Source: Phycisphaerae bacterium
Lineage (GTDB): Bacteria; Planctomycetota; Phycisphaerae; UBA1845; Fen-1342
Direction of reading: 5' to 3'
Assembly (NCBI GenBank): GCA_050115495.1
Contig: JASFQK010000015.1
Coordinates: 75,887 to 139,886, forward strand
DNA length: 64,000 bases
Every line of letters starts with the position of its first letter. The stretch's first letter is position 1. Both the position numbers and the translations under genes were made by a program. Below the pieces are notes generated by a model. That model saw only the letters and a program-made list of their open reading frames with translations. It searched no databases and was not told the origin of the DNA. Of the stretch, positions 1 to 11,069 are shown piece after piece.

Positions 1-387
1 GGATTGTGGCACGTCGGCATACGCGACCCGTTTCAGCCCGACCACACCAAGAGCATGTTCGTCCTCGAGTTGACCGACCTCGCCGTCTGCACGTCGGGAA
101 TGCAGGAACGCTTCTACGAGATCGAGGGGCGCCGCTACTCGCACATCGTCGATCCGCGCACCGGGCAGCCGGCGGCGGAAGCTCCGGCCGTCACGGTCAT
201 CGGCCCCGACGGCATGACCGCCGACGCGTGGGCCACGACGCTGAGCGTGCTGAGTGTGGCGGAAGGGCAGACCCTGCTGGCCGGGCCGGCCGCCGACGTG
301 GGCCTCGAAGTCATGTGGATCACCGGCACCGCCGACGCCCCGCAGATTACGAAGACGGCGGGGTTCGACCGTTACCTGGTCAAATGA
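1..387 (+). CDS. apbE: FAD:protein FMN transferase (ApbE), 3' part only; gene starts before the window
   Basis: W-x-VGIRDP, AVCTSG, RYSHIVDPRTG and ADAWAT motifs; convergent with the rnf operon whose RnfD/RnfG need flavinylation. Confidence 0.9.
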   Translation, partial: GLWHVGIRDPFQPDHTKSMFVLELTDLAVCTSGMQERFYEIEGRRYSHIVDPRTGQPAAEAPAVTVIGPDGMTADAWATTLSVLSVAEGQTLLAGPAADVGLEVMWITGTADAPQITKTAGFDRYLVK

Positions 388-416
388 CGACGTGATCGAC
401 CGAACGGCGCCGTACG

Positions 417-1289
417 CTACTCGCTCGCGGCGGCGGTGGCCGCCTCTTCCTCGGCCAGTTGCTCCACGTACTCGGGCTTGGGTTCGCCGAAGTAGACGAG
501 CACCTTCGCCGGGCACTTGGCGAAGACGGGGGCGAACTGCTCCTGACCCGTCTCCGGCGTGTACTTGTCGTAGTTCAGGTGGGCGAGGTTGTCGGTGACC
601 TCGAACAGGTCGGCGAAGATGCGCTGGCAGGCCTTGCAGCCGACACAGCCGACGTCGCAGACCTGCTTGACGTTGCGGGCCGGCTCCTTGTTGGCGCAGG
701 CGACGACGAGCATCTGCTCACGCTTGAAGGGAATCTGCTCGATGAGGTTCCGCGGGCAGGCCTTCACGCAGGCACCGCAGCCGGTGCACATGGCGTAATC
801 GACTTCGGGCTTGCCCTCGATCATGTGGAGGGCGTCGAAGTTGCACGCCCGCGAGCAGTCGCCGAACCCGAGGCAGCCATACGTGCACGCCTGGGTGACA
901 CCGACGATGTTCGCCTCGGCGCACGTCCGCACGCCGTCGTAGGGCACCACGCCGTGCTTGTCCGCGGTGCGGGCGGCGCAATGGATCACCGGCCGATAGG
1001 GGAAGGTCTTGACGACCTCGATGCCGAGGATTTCGGCGACCTTCTCGGCGGTCTTCGAGCCGCCGACGGGACAGCCGTCGCACTCGGCGCGGCCTTCGAC
1101 GACGGCTTTGGCGAAATCGGCGCAGCCGGCGAAGCCGCAGCCACCGCAGTTGGCCGACGGCAGGGCGTCGGTCACCGCGGGGATGCGCGGGTCTTCCACG
1201 ACCTTGAGCTTCTCCTTGGCCACGCCGAGGAGGGTCGCAAACGCGAGCGTCAGTCCGAACAGCACGATTCCGGCCAGCAGCACCACCAT
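417..1289 (-). CDS. rnfB: Rnf complex subunit B (ferredoxin-like)
   Basis: N-terminal TM, LPSANCGGCGFAGC, CLGFGDC, CTGCGACVKACP; ATG at 1289 preceded by GGAG. Confidence 0.95.
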   Translation of the reverse strand: MVVLLAGIVLFGLTLAFATLLGVAKEKLKVVEDPRIPAVTDALPSANCGGCGFAGCADFAKAVVEGRAECDGCPVGGSKTAEKVAEILGIEVVKTFPYRPVIHCAARTADKHGVVPYDGVRTCAEANIVGVTQACTYGCLGFGDCSRACNFDALHMIEGKPEVDYAMCTGCGACVKACPRNLIEQIPFKREQMLVVACANKEPARNVKQVCDVGCVGCKACQRIFADLFEVTDNLAHLNYDKYTPETGQEQFAPVFAKCPAKVLVYFGEPKPEYVEQLAEEEAATAAASE

Positions 1290-1308
1290 GGTGTACGTCT
1301 CCGCAGTC

Positions 1309-1929
1309 TTACTTGCCCATCCCGGTGAAGCCCATGAACGCCAGGGCCAGAATGCCCGCAACCAGGAGTGTGATGCCCGCACCCTGTAACGACTTAGGCA
1401 CGTCGCTGAAGCGAATGTGCTCGCGGATGCCGGCCATGATGGTGATGGCCATCATGAAGCCGATGCCGCCGCCGAAAGCGAAGATCGCCGATTGCAGCAG
1501 GCTCCGCTGGTAGTCCTCGTTCATGTCGATCAGCAGGCAGGCCCCCAGGATGGCGCAGTTGGTCGTGATCAGCGGCAAGAACACGCCGAACGCTGTGTAC
1601 AGCGGCGGGAAGAACTTCTTCAGGTACATCTCGACGAGCTGGACCATCGAGGCGATGACCATGATGAAGGCGACGTACTTCAGGAAGTACAGCGCCCCCG
1701 GATTGCCGAGCAAATTGGCCCCGATGGGCTCGAAGATGCCGTGGACGATGAGCCAGGTGACGATGCCCGAGACGGTCATGACGAAGGTGACAGCGCAGCC
1801 CATGCCGAAGGCCATGTCCACCTTGCGCGACACACCGAGGAAGGGGCAGATGCCCAGGAAACCCTGAAGCACCAGGTTGTTCACCAGGACGACGCTGATG
1901 AAGACGCCGACGAGTGCGCCGAAATCCAT
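1309..1929 (-). CDS. rnfA: Rnf complex subunit A
   Basis: NNLVLQGFLGICPFLGVS and LPLITTNCAILG motifs. Confidence 0.95.
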   Translation of the reverse strand: MDFGALVGVFISVVLVNNLVLQGFLGICPFLGVSRKVDMAFGMGCAVTFVMTVSGIVTWLIVHGIFEPIGANLLGNPGALYFLKYVAFIMVIASMVQLVEMYLKKFFPPLYTAFGVFLPLITTNCAILGACLLIDMNEDYQRSLLQSAIFAFGGGIGFMMAITIMAGIREHIRFSDVPKSLQGAGITLLVAGILALAFMGFTGMGK

Positions 1930-2558
1930 CACGCACCTCCCTGCGCCCGGCGGGCGCGGACGTGGTTGAAGATGCCGATGACCACGCCGAGCGTCAGAAA
2001 CGCCCCCGGCGGCAGGATCATGATGATCCAGGCGTGGGGCTCAAACAGCTTGAGGTTCAACGGCGTCCAGCCCAGGATCGTCCCCGAACCCATCGCCTCG
2101 CGGATCACACCGAGGATGCACAGAGCGATGGTGAAGCCCAGGCCGATGCCGGCGGCGTCCGCCAGCGAACGCCCCAGGCCGCTCTTGATGGCTACCACCT
2201 CGGCACGGCAGATGATGATGCAATTGACGATGATCAACGGGACGAAGGGGCCGAGGTTGACGCTGATCTCCCACACGAACGCCTTCAGCACCAGGTCGGC
2301 GATCGTCACGAACGTGGCGATGGTGAGCGTGAAGATGAGGATGCGCACGTGCGGCTTGATCAGATGCCGCAGCGTGCTGGTGATCAGGTTGGACATGAAC
2401 ACCACGAACGTCGCCGCCAGCCCCATCACCAGGGCGTTCGCCACCGAGTTGGTGATGGCCAGCGTCGGACACATCCCCAGGAGCTGCACCAGCACCGGGT
2501 TGTTAGACAGCACGCCCTCCTTGAACTGCTGGAGGTTGGAGCCGTTTTCGTCTGCCAT
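1929..2558 (-). CDS. rnfE: Rnf complex subunit E
   Basis: NNPVLVQLLGMCPTLA, PLIIVNCII and LPPGAF motifs. Confidence 0.95.
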   Translation of the reverse strand: MADENGSNLQQFKEGVLSNNPVLVQLLGMCPTLAITNSVANALVMGLAATFVVFMSNLITSTLRHLIKPHVRILIFTLTIATFVTIADLVLKAFVWEISVNLGPFVPLIIVNCIIICRAEVVAIKSGLGRSLADAAGIGLGFTIALCILGVIREAMGSGTILGWTPLNLKLFEPHAWIIMILPPGAFLTLGVVIGIFNHVRARRAQGGA

Positions 2559-2601
2559 GCGCTTGCACTCCCGTCATCCGCCGCCGCGGGCGGATCGCCG
2601 G

Positions 2602-3168
2602 CTACTCGTAGGTCAGTTCGCTCAGCCGCGGCCGCACCTCGCTGGTTACGCGGTTGAGGATGTCGGTCACGTAGTTGCTCGAATAGGTGGCGCCGGTAAT
2701 GGCCTTGATTTCGTTCGCGCCCTCCGCCGGGTCGTTCTTGGTCACCGTCGCCGGCCGGGCGGCGTCCAGGCCGCGGTACTGAAGAATCCACTCGCCGCGA
2801 ATCTTGTTGCCCAACCCGGGGGTCTCCTTGTCGTCAATCACCTTGACACCGAGCACCTTCTCGCCGGCCAGATCGAGGCCCACGACAACCGTGAGCTTGT
2901 CGACGAAGCCGATGCCGGTCGCCCTGACAGCCCAGCCGACCTGCTGGCCGTCGGCGTCGAGGCACTTGAAGACCGTCGTCTTCTCGTCGAACTTCGCCTC
3001 GGGCATCTGCACGGTGCCCGGAGTGACGTCGCCGATCGCCTCTTCCAGGGCCTGCTTCCGGTTCGCCTGGATCTTCGCGTCCAGCGACGTCTGCGTGCCC
3101 GCCAGCAGCACCGCGAACACGATGCCCATCACCAGTACCAGCCACGATTCGTCCACGAATTTCTTCAC
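2602..3168 (-). CDS. rnfG: Rnf complex subunit G (FMN-binding)
   Basis: N-terminal TM, ETPGLG, ITGAT flavinylation motif; GTG start after GGAG. Confidence 0.9.
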   Translation of the reverse strand: MKKFVDESWLVLVMGIVFAVLLAGTQTSLDAKIQANRKQALEEAIGDVTPGTVQMPEAKFDEKTTVFKCLDADGQQVGWAVRATGIGFVDKLTVVVGLDLAGEKVLGVKVIDDKETPGLGNKIRGEWILQYRGLDAARPATVTKNDPAEGANEIKAITGATYSSNYVTDILNRVTSEVRPRLSELTYE

Positions 3169-3215
3169 TGCACCGTCTCCCTTTCGCCGGGCCCGCAGCG
3201 CCCGGCGAAGTGTAC

Positions 3216-4337
3216 CTAGGCCGCCGGCACCTTCCCGCCAAACGGTGTCGGCACCGTCCAGCGCTCGATCAGGGGCGTCAGGGCGTTCATGATCAGAATC
3301 GCGAACATGAACCCTTCCGGGTACACGCCGAACACACGAATCAGCACCACCAGCACACCCACGCCGACGGCGAAAACCCACCGTCCGCGCGGCGTAACCG
3401 GCGCCCCGACGTAGTCCGTGGCGATGAAGAACGCCCCGAACATCAGGGCCCCGCTGGTCAGTTGGTACAGCGGGTTGGCGTAGCGGCCCGAGTCGATCAG
3501 ATACAGAATCGTCGTGAACACCGCCACGCTGCCCAGCACCCCTACCGGCATCCGCCAGTCCGCCACCCGCCGGATCACCAGGTACATCCCGGCGAGGAAG
3601 GCGATCAGGGCGCTGGTCTCACCGACGCAGCCACGGACGTTGCCGATGAGCAGTTGCCAGAGCCCGGGCATCTCCTGGCGGACCTTCTCGGCCTCGGCCA
3701 CGAACTCCTCGGCCTTGTCCGGGTCGGCCTGCGCCTTGCCGACGAACTCCCGCAGCTTGGCCGCCTGGTACAGCGGCGTCGCGGTCGACGTGGCGTCGAC
3801 ACCCGCGGCCTTCATCGGCGCCGTATGCGACCACAGAACCATCGCCGCCGGGAAGCAGATCATCAGAAACGCCCGGCCGACCATCGCCGGGTTAAACAGG
3901 TTCTGGCCCAGCCCGCCGAACACGGCCTTGGCCAGGGCAATAGCGACGATGCCGCCGATGAAGGCCATGTAGAACTTCGACGACGTGGCCATCGACGGAG
4001 GCAGCGAGAAGGCCAGGATCATACCGGTGACGATGGCCGAGCCGTCGGCCAGCGACGACTGCCGCCGACCGCGGATCCAGTTGGCCGCCGCCTCCGCCAC
4101 CAGGCAGCCCGCCACGGTCGTGACGACCAGCACCAGGGCCGACAGCCGGTACATGTAGATGGCCACGGCCAGCAGCGGCAGCATGGCCAGCACGACCTCG
4201 AACATGATCCGCCGGGTCGTCGTGCCCTCGCTCAGGTGTGGCGACGACGCGACGTGGAAAGCCGGAGGCGGCGCCGGTTCGGCCGGCTTCTCCGGCGGGG
4301 GAGGTACGCTATCTGCCTGACTCATCGAATCGGCCAC
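3216..4337 (-). CDS. rnfD: Rnf complex subunit D
   Basis: SSPH, KAVFGGLGQNLFNPAMVGR, STATPL, GCVGETS, FIATD motifs. Confidence 0.95.
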   Translation of the reverse strand: MADSMSQADSVPPPPEKPAEPAPPPAFHVASSPHLSEGTTTRRIMFEVVLAMLPLLAVAIYMYRLSALVLVVTTVAGCLVAEAAANWIRGRRQSSLADGSAIVTGMILAFSLPPSMATSSKFYMAFIGGIVAIALAKAVFGGLGQNLFNPAMVGRAFLMICFPAAMVLWSHTAPMKAAGVDATSTATPLYQAAKLREFVGKAQADPDKAEEFVAEAEKVRQEMPGLWQLLIGNVRGCVGETSALIAFLAGMYLVIRRVADWRMPVGVLGSVAVFTTILYLIDSGRYANPLYQLTSGALMFGAFFIATDYVGAPVTPRGRWVFAVGVGVLVVLIRVFGVYPEGFMFAILIMNALTPLIERWTVPTPFGGKVPAA

Positions 4338-4355
4338 TCCTCTCAGATGCGCTGA

Positions 4356-5792
4356 CTAGGACGCCTTCTGCTCTGCTGCCTGGCGGGCCTTCTCGGCTTC
4401 GGCCTTGCGCCGCCGTTCGGCCTGAATCGCCCGCAACTGGGTCTTGCCGCTGCGCATGTACTGCGGCAGCGGGATGTGCGCCGGACACACAAACGCGCAG
4501 CACCCGCACTCGCAGCAAGCCATCAGGTCATACTGCTCGGCCATCTCCATGTCGTGGAACTTGACGGCGTGGGCCAGCTTCGTCGGCGACAGGTACAACG
4601 GGCAGTTGTCGATGCACCGCCCGCAGCGGATGCACGGCCCCTCCTCGACGTGGTCGACCTCGTCGTCCGTCAGCACCAGAATGCCGTTGACGCCCTTCAC
4701 GACGGGCACGTTCAGGTTGGGCACCGTCGGGCCCATCATCGGGCCGCCGGCGATGACCTTGACTGTGTTGGCCGTCACGCCGCCGCAAGTCTCGATCAGC
4801 TCGCTGAACGCCGTGCCGATGGGCACCAGGTAATTCCCCGGCTGCCGCACGCCGCCGCCGGTTATGGAGACCACGCGGTGCGTAAAGGGCTGCTGACGGA
4901 CGACGGCGCGGGCGATGCTATGCGCGGTCGCGACGTTCACCACGACGACGCCGACATCCAGCGGCAGGCCGCGCGGCGCGCTCGGCACCGTGCGCTTCAG
5001 CACCGCCGGAATGAGCTGCCGTTCGCCGCCCATCGGGTACTTCGTCGCACAGACGACGAGCTCGAGCCTCGGCCGGCCGTTGATGATCTTGCGCATCAGC
5101 TCGATGGCGTCGGGCTTGTTCTCTTCGATGGCAACGATGCCACGCTCGGCACCGGCCGCGTGCACGGCGAGCTGCAACCCGGTGACGATCGCCTCCGGGC
5201 ATTCGAGCATGAGACGATGGTCGGCGGTCAGGTACGGCTCGCACTCGGCGCCATTGAGAATGACCGTGTCCACCGGACGTTCGGGGTTGCGCTTGAGCTT
5301 GATGAACGTGGGGAACGTCGCCCCGCCCTGCCCCACCAGGCCCATCGCCCGCAACTGCTTGCAGATCTCCTCGGGGTCGTAGCTCGTGGGCTCGACGCCG
5401 TCCCAGTTGCGATCGAGGAACTGCTCGAGGAAGTCCTCGGGCATGGCCGGACCCTCGGCCGGCAGCTTGATCGTCACGGCCGGCACCCGCCGTCCCGACG
5501 GCAGCAGGGCGATCGTCGACGCCCCGACCGTGCCGTTGATGGACGAGTGAATCGGCGCCGAGACGAACGACTCGGTGTCGGCGATGCGATCGCCCAGCTT
5601 CACCTCGTCACGCAGCTTCACCACCGGCGTGCAGGCCGCCCCGAGGTTCTGCGCCATCGGAACGATCAGGTCCTTCTTCGGCACGAACAGCTTGATGGGC
5701 AGCGATTCGGTGTATTCCTTCCGATGCGGCGGATGGATGCCCCGCTGGAAGCTGCACAAACCGGACGAACCACTCACAATGCCGGCGCTCAT
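4356..5792 (-). CDS. rnfC: Rnf complex subunit C
   Basis: GIHPP, GQGGATFPT, NGAECEPYLTAD, CIRCGRCIDNCP, CCECGCCAFVCP; ATG at 5792 after GGAGG. Confidence 0.95.
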   Translation of the reverse strand: MSAGIVSGSSGLCSFQRGIHPPHRKEYTESLPIKLFVPKKDLIVPMAQNLGAACTPVVKLRDEVKLGDRIADTESFVSAPIHSSINGTVGASTIALLPSGRRVPAVTIKLPAEGPAMPEDFLEQFLDRNWDGVEPTSYDPEEICKQLRAMGLVGQGGATFPTFIKLKRNPERPVDTVILNGAECEPYLTADHRLMLECPEAIVTGLQLAVHAAGAERGIVAIEENKPDAIELMRKIINGRPRLELVVCATKYPMGGERQLIPAVLKRTVPSAPRGLPLDVGVVVVNVATAHSIARAVVRQQPFTHRVVSITGGGVRQPGNYLVPIGTAFSELIETCGGVTANTVKVIAGGPMMGPTVPNLNVPVVKGVNGILVLTDDEVDHVEEGPCIRCGRCIDNCPLYLSPTKLAHAVKFHDMEMAEQYDLMACCECGCCAFVCPAHIPLPQYMRSGKTQLRAIQAERRRKAEAEKARQAAEQKAS

Positions 5793-6193
5793 TCGCCACC
5801 TCCGGCCGAGTCTTTCCGCTGATTCGAGACCAACATGAGCAATCCCTTCGCGATCGCGGCGCCCACCGCCAGACCGAGCAGCATCCCCGCGAACTGCCAC
5901 CAGCCCAGGCTCGCGCCGGACTTCACCGCCAGCAACCGTCCCGCCGCCCACGCACCCGCCAGAGCGCTGACGAGCGGCAACAGGAAGACCGCAGCACACG
6001 AGCCGACCAGCAGGCCACCCTCGCTATACCGGCGGACTTCGGGATCGAGCAGACGCTGCGTGGGGTCGCCGCCGTCTTTCATGAGCGGACAGGAATCGGT
6101 TCCGTCGCCGTGGCCGTGGCCGTGGCCGTGGCCGTGGCAGTGCCCGCCACAACCAAACCAGAACCGCTCCAGCATGTTGGTGAGGAAGCTCAT
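5789..6193 (-). CDS. RseC/MucC-like small membrane protein with His-Gly/Cys-rich N-terminus
   Basis: First gene of the rnf operon, overlapping rnfC start (ATGA); two C-terminal TM helices beginning AVFLLPL as in RseC family. Confidence 0.65.
   Translation of the reverse strand: MSFLTNMLERFWFGCGGHCHGHGHGHGHGDGTDSCPLMKDGGDPTQRLLDPEVRRYSEGGLLVGSCAAVFLLPLVSALAGAWAAGRLLAVKSGASLGWWQFAGMLLGLAVGAAIAKGLLMLVSNQRKDSAGGGE
6107..6136. repeat. (GCCGTG)x5 tandem repeat encoding the His-Gly tract
   Basis: Read directly. Confidence 0.9.
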
Positions 6194-6469
6194 GATCCGC
6201 TCATTGCCGCGAAAGTCCGCCTACGTAGCTCAAAACGAACCAGTATGCAAGAGCCGTGCTAGTTTGATCTAATCACCACATGTTTTAGTGCTATTACATA
6301 CCAGTTCAAAACCACACGAATCCCCCGTTTTCGGGGTCCGGCGGAGGACGCGACCCTCGCCGCCGATGTCCCCGAACTGTCCGACTGCGCGGAATTCCCC
6401 GCCCCGGGCGCGGAACACCCGCGCCTGGACGCGCCGCCGGATACTTGCACAATGGCACCCTTGGCAGTC

Positions 6470-6557
6470 CGTTGGAAAAGGGAACTGGCTCCGAGCCACA
6501 GGGCCCGCACTGCGTCGGCAACCGGCCGCAGCGAAGTGCCTGTCCCCTTCTTCGACG
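6470..6557. repeat. MITE-like intergenic repeat (copy 1)
   Basis: Imperfect terminal inverted repeats CGTTGGAAAAGGGAAC / GTCCCCTTCTTCGACG; homologous to reverse complement of 29401-29482. Confidence 0.65.
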
Positions 6558-6594
6558 GACTCTGCGCCCCGGCACGTGCTGCGGAGGACCCCAA

Positions 6595-7323
6595 GTGATC
6601 TCGACCGCCACTGACAGGGACGGCCCGCTCGTGCGCGTCGAGCTGGCCAGTCGCGTCTTCCGGATGGGCGAAGTCGAAGTTCCCGCCCTCAGCGAAGCCA
6701 CGCTCGACGTGCGCCCCGGCGAGTTCGTCGTCATCCTGGGCCCCTCCGGCTCGGGCAAGACCACGCTGCTGAACCTGATCGGCGGGCTCGACCAACCCAC
6801 GCGCGGCCGCGTCTGGTACCGCGATCTCGATCTCACCGCCCTCAACGCCGAGGGGCTCACCGGTTTCCGCCGGGACAAGATCGGTTTCATCTTCCAGTTC
6901 TACAACCTCGTGCCGACGCTGACCGCCCGCGAGAACGTGCAGGTGGCAACCGAGCTCGTCGTCGACCCGCTCGATCCCGGCAAGGCGCTCGCCCTCGTCG
7001 AGCTCGAAAACCGCGCCGGGCACTTTCCCGCCCAGCTCTCCGGCGGCGAGCAGCAGCGCGTGGCGATTGCCCGCGCCCTGGCCAAGCGCCCCGAGCTGCT
7101 CCTGGCCGACGAGCCCACCGGGGCGCTCGATCTGGAGACAGCCCGCCGGGTGCTCGGCATGTTACAGCAGCTCAACCGCACGCGCGGTTTGACCACGATC
7201 CTGATCACGCACAACCCGGCGATCGCCCGCATCGCCGGCCGCACCGTCCGCATGGCCAGCGGGCGGATCGAAGAGTCACGCGAGAACGACAACGTCATCG
7301 ACGCCGCCGAGGTTTCTTGGTAG
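6595..7323 (+). CDS. ABC exporter ATP-binding protein (LolD/MacB type)
   Basis: [34 protein letters not shown] start after GGAGG. Confidence 0.93.
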   Translation: MISTATDRDGPLVRVELASRVFRMGEVEVPALSEATLDVRPGEFVVILGPSGSGKTTLLNLIGGLDQPTRGRVWYRDLDLTALNAEGLTGFRRDKIGFIFQFYNLVPTLTARENVQVATELVVDPLDPGKALALVELENRAGHFPAQLSGGEQQRVAIARALAKRPELLLADEPTGALDLETARRVLGMLQQLNRTRGLTTILITHNPAIARIAGRTVRMASGRIEESRENDNVIDAAEVSW

Positions 7324-7333
7324 GAACCGGCCG

Positions 7334-9712
7334 ATGCGCGCCCTCACGCGAAAACTCGGACGCGAGCTCTGGCACAACGCCGGCACCATGCTGAGCGTCG
7401 TCGCCATCATCGCCATCGGCACCGGCTGCTTCATCGGCATGAGCTCGGCGGTGCGCATCCTGTCGGTCAGCCAGGCGGCGTACTATCGCGCGTACCGCTT
7501 CGCCGATTTCTGGGTCACGGTGAAGAAGGCGCCGCTGACCGCCGTCGAGCAACTGGCCGAGATCGACGGCATCGAGGAATGGCAAGCACGGATCGTCTTC
7601 GACGTCATCCTCAACGTCCCCGGCGAAACGCGGCCGCTGACCGGCCGGCTCATCTCGATGCCCGTCCGCAACGGCCGCCGACCGCTCAACGACATGTGCC
7701 TCATCCGCGGCACGAGCTTCTCCGACGACCGCAGCGAAGAGGTCATCCTCAGCGAGGCCTTCGCCCGCGAGCACGACCTGAGCCCCGGCGACCATGTCGA
7801 ACTCATCCTCAACCGCAAGCGCGAGTCGTTCGTCATCGTCGGCACGGCCATCAGCCCCGAGTACGTGTACATGGTTCGCGGCGAGGGCGATCTCATCCCC
7901 GACCCGAAGCACTTCGGCATTCTGTACCTGCCGGAGGCGTACGCCCGCGACGTGCTCGATTTCCGCGACGCCTGCAACCAGGTCACCGGCCGTTTCGTCC
8001 CCGGTGCCGAGAAGCGGGCCGACGCCATCCTCAATCGCGTCGAACGCGTACTCGACCCCTACGGCGTACTGGCCACGACGCCCCGTGAGCGCCACGCCTC
8101 GCACCGCTTCCTCACCGACGAGATCCGCGGCGGCCGCGTCACGTCAAAGATGATCCCGGCGATCTTCCTCGCCGTGGCCGCCCTGGTGCTCAACGTCCTC
8201 ATGAGCCGGCTCGCCGAGCGGCAGCGCACCACCATCGGCACGCTCAAAGCCGTCGGCTACTCCGACCGTGGCATCCTGTGGCACTTCATGGGTTTCGGCC
8301 TCGTGGTCGGAATCGCCGGCGGCGTGGCCGGCAACATCCTCGGCATCGGCTTGGCCAGTGCCATGGTCGAAATGTACAAGGGGTTCTACCAGTTCCCCTC
8401 GTTCGTCTACGAGGTCTACCCCGACCTGCTGCTGATCGGCATGCTCATCAGCGTCTCCTTCGCCGTCGCCGGCACCGCCAAGGGCGTCTGGACCGTGCTG
8501 CACCTCCAGCCGGCGGAGGCCATGCGGGCCAAGCCGCCGGAGCGCGGCGGAGCCATTCTGCTCGAACGCCTGCCGTGGCTCTGGTCGCGCCTCGGCTTCC
8601 GCTCGCAACTCGCCCTGCGCAACCTCATGCGCAACCGCACCCGCACCATCACGGGCGTTCTCTCCACAGCGCTGGCCACTGCCCTCATCGCCTCGTCGCT
8701 CATCATGCACGATTCGATGTGGTTCCTGGTCGACTTCCAGTTCGACCGCCTCACGCACAGCGACGTCGACCTCGGCCTGCACGACGAGCAGTCCGCGGCC
8801 GTCCTGAACGAGGCTCGCGAACTGCCAGGGGTGGATTACGCCGAACCGATGCTCTCCGTCGTCTGCGACCTGCGCCACGGACCGTGCAACCGCCGACTGG
8901 GCGTCACCGGCCTGGCCGCGACGCGCCGGCTGACCACACCGCTGCAAGCGGATCTCCAGCCCATCAAGATTCCGGAGCGCGGCCTGGTGCTGACCCGCAA
9001 GCTCGCCGAACTGCTGGACGCCAACCCCGGCGACCACCTCGAACTCACACCCGTACGCGGCCGCCGCGACACCGTCGACGTCTACGTCGCTTCCGTCGTC
9101 GACAGCTACATCGGTCTTAGCTGCTACGCCAATCTCGACTATCTCAGCAGCCTGGTCGGCGAGTCCCGGGCCGTGAACGGGCTGCAACTGCTGGTCAATC
9201 CGGCGGAGACAGCCGCCCTCTTCCACAGCATCAAAGACCTGCCCGCCGCCCAGGGACTCAGCGTGCGCAGCGACGTGCGGGCCAGCATCGAGGACACGCT
9301 GGTCCATACCATGACGGCGACGATCGGCATCATCATCGTCTTCGCCGGCATGATCGCTTTCGGCAGCATCCTGAATAACTCGCTGGTGGACATCGGCGAC
9401 CAGTTGCGCGATATCTCGACGTTCCGCGTGCTCGGCTACGGTCCGCGGCAGATCGCCGGGATCTTCTTCCGACAGGCCATGTTCACGTTTGTGCTCGGCG
9501 TAGCGCTGGCCGCGCCGCTGACGTGGGGTCTGAGCCAGTTCTGGTCGGCGGCGATGGATACCGAGCTGTTCCGCATCCACATCGCGTTCCGCCTCCCGGT
9601 TCTCGCACAGGCCCTGCTGGCCGTGGTCGCGTTCGTGCTGCTGGCGCAGGTGCTCGTCTACCGGCAAATCCGCCGACTCGACTGGCTCGAGGGAATCAAG
9701 GTTAAAGAGTAG
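7334..9712 (+). CDS. ABC exporter permease (duplicated FtsX/MacB-type)
   Basis: Two periplasmic + FtsX-like modules ([18 protein letters not shown]). Confidence 0.9.
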   Translation: MRALTRKLGRELWHNAGTMLSVVAIIAIGTGCFIGMSSAVRILSVSQAAYYRAYRFADFWVTVKKAPLTAVEQLAEIDGIEEWQARIVFDVILNVPGETRPLTGRLISMPVRNGRRPLNDMCLIRGTSFSDDRSEEVILSEAFAREHDLSPGDHVELILNRKRESFVIVGTAISPEYVYMVRGEGDLIPDPKHFGILYLPEAYARDVLDFRDACNQVTGRFVPGAEKRADAILNRVERVLDPYGVLATTPRERHASHRFLTDEIRGGRVTSKMIPAIFLAVAALVLNVLMSRLAERQRTTIGTLKAVGYSDRGILWHFMGFGLVVGIAGGVAGNILGIGLASAMVEMYKGFYQFPSFVYEVYPDLLLIGMLISVSFAVAGTAKGVWTVLHLQPAEAMRAKPPERGGAILLERLPWLWSRLGFRSQLALRNLMRNRTRTITGVLSTALATALIASSLIMHDSMWFLVDFQFDRLTHSDVDLGLHDEQSAAVLNEARELPGVDYAEPMLSVVCDLRHGPCNRRLGVTGLAATRRLTTPLQADLQPIKIPERGLVLTRKLAELLDANPGDHLELTPVRGRRDTVDVYVASVVDSYIGLSCYANLDYLSSLVGESRAVNGLQLLVNPAETAALFHSIKDLPAAQGLSVRSDVRASIEDTLVHTMTATIGIIIVFAGMIAFGSILNNSLVDIGDQLRDISTFRVLGYGPRQIAGIFFRQAMFTFVLGVALAAPLTWGLSQFWSAAMDTELFRIHIAFRLPVLAQALLAVVAFVLLAQVLVYRQIRRLDWLEGIKVKE

Positions 9713-9723
9713 AGGCCACTACC

Positions 9724-11052
9724 ATGAAAAAGGCCGGTCTGATCGTACTGCTCATCGTCATCGCCGCCCTGGTCATCTGGCAGGTCTGGCGGCCCGCCAT
9801 GACCGTCGAGGTGCTCCGCCCGCAGACGACCACGTTGCGGGCGTACGTCGAGGAGCAGGCCGTAACGGAGTTGCCGCACGACTACCTGGTCTCGATGCCG
9901 ATCGACGGCTGGCTGGAGCGCATCGATCTGCGCGAAGGCGACGCCGTCCGCGCCGACGAGACGGTCGCCCGGCTGGAAACGGACGACCTCCAGGACCGGG
10001 CGCGGCAGGCCGAGCAGCGCATCGCCGTGCTGGAAACGAAGCTGCGCGAGATCGCCGACCACCGGCTCGAAGAGAACGCGCTCATCGAGACGCGGGCGAC
10101 GGTGAAGGCCCTGGACGAGACGGTTCAGGCGGCCGAGGCCAAGCTGGAAGCCGCCCTGGCCGTCGTGGAGTTCACGCAATCAGAGGTCGAGCGGCTGCGC
10201 CCGCTGCTGGAGACGGGCGGGGCTGCGGCGCGTGAGGTGCGCGAGGCCGAAACCGAGTGGCGCAAGGCCCGGGCCGAATACCAGGGCGATCTGCTCCAGC
10301 TTGCCGCGCTGAAGACGGTGAACCGCATCAGCTACATCGGGCCGAAGTTCATCGAGGACTACATCGACCGCAAGTCGTTTCAGACGCAGACGCAGGAAAA
10401 GCTGCTGACGGAGGCGCAGGCGGAGCTCGAGATCGCCAATCGCAACCTGGCCCGCGCCGAAGTCTGTTGCCCCATCGACGGCGTCGTGCTCGCCCGGCAC
10501 CAGACCCGCCGGCAGTTCCTCCCCGCCGGCACCCCCCTGCTCACCGTCGGACGCCTGGAGGAAATGGAGGTCGTCGCCGAGATCCTCACCGAACGCGCCA
10601 CGCAGCTCACTCCCGGCGACCCAGTGGAGATCTACGGGCGGGCCGTCGGCGACAAGCCGCTCTCCGGTCACGTGCTGCGCGTCTATCCGGCCGGCTTCAC
10701 CAAGATCAGCTCGCTGGGCGTCGAGCAGCAGCGCGTGGAGGTGGCGGTGAGTCTCGATGAGCGGCCGCCGGCGCTGGGTATTGGCTTTCGCGTGCACGTC
10801 CGCATTTTCTACGATGAGGCGGCCGATGCGTTGACGCTGCCGCGCACAGCGCTGTTCCGCGGCCCGCAGGGCGAGTGGCAGGTGATGATCGTGCAGGATG
10901 GCCACACGGTGCTGCGTACGGTCACGGTGGGCCTGACCAACGACGAGTTCGCCCAGATCAGCGAGGGCCTGAGCGCAACGGACCTCATCGTGGCCCATCC
11001 GGCGCGGGAGATCGTCGCCGGCCTACGCGTCCGCACGACCGGCGGCGAGTAG
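9724..11052 (+). CDS. Efflux periplasmic adaptor (HlyD/MFP family)
   Basis: N-terminal TM, lipoyl halves around a coiled coil, PIDGVVL, KISSLGVEQQRV. Confidence 0.9.
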   Translation: MKKAGLIVLLIVIAALVIWQVWRPAMTVEVLRPQTTTLRAYVEEQAVTELPHDYLVSMPIDGWLERIDLREGDAVRADETVARLETDDLQDRARQAEQRIAVLETKLREIADHRLEENALIETRATVKALDETVQAAEAKLEAALAVVEFTQSEVERLRPLLETGGAAAREVREAETEWRKARAEYQGDLLQLAALKTVNRISYIGPKFIEDYIDRKSFQTQTQEKLLTEAQAELEIANRNLARAEVCCPIDGVVLARHQTRRQFLPAGTPLLTVGRLEEMEVVAEILTERATQLTPGDPVEIYGRAVGDKPLSGHVLRVYPAGFTKISSLGVEQQRVEVAVSLDERPPALGIGFRVHVRIFYDEAADALTLPRTALFRGPQGEWQVMIVQDGHTVLRTVTVGLTNDEFAQISEGLSATDLIVAHPAREIVAGLRVRTTGGE

Positions 11053-11069
11053 ACGACCGAGGCCGGGCG

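Noticed and set aside
1417..3219. 600-aa plus-strand ORF
   Set aside because: Antisense to rnfA/E/G
6265..6279. FNR-like box TTGAT..ATCA upstream of rnf
   Set aside because: Spacer is 3 bp rather than 4 and the right half is imperfect
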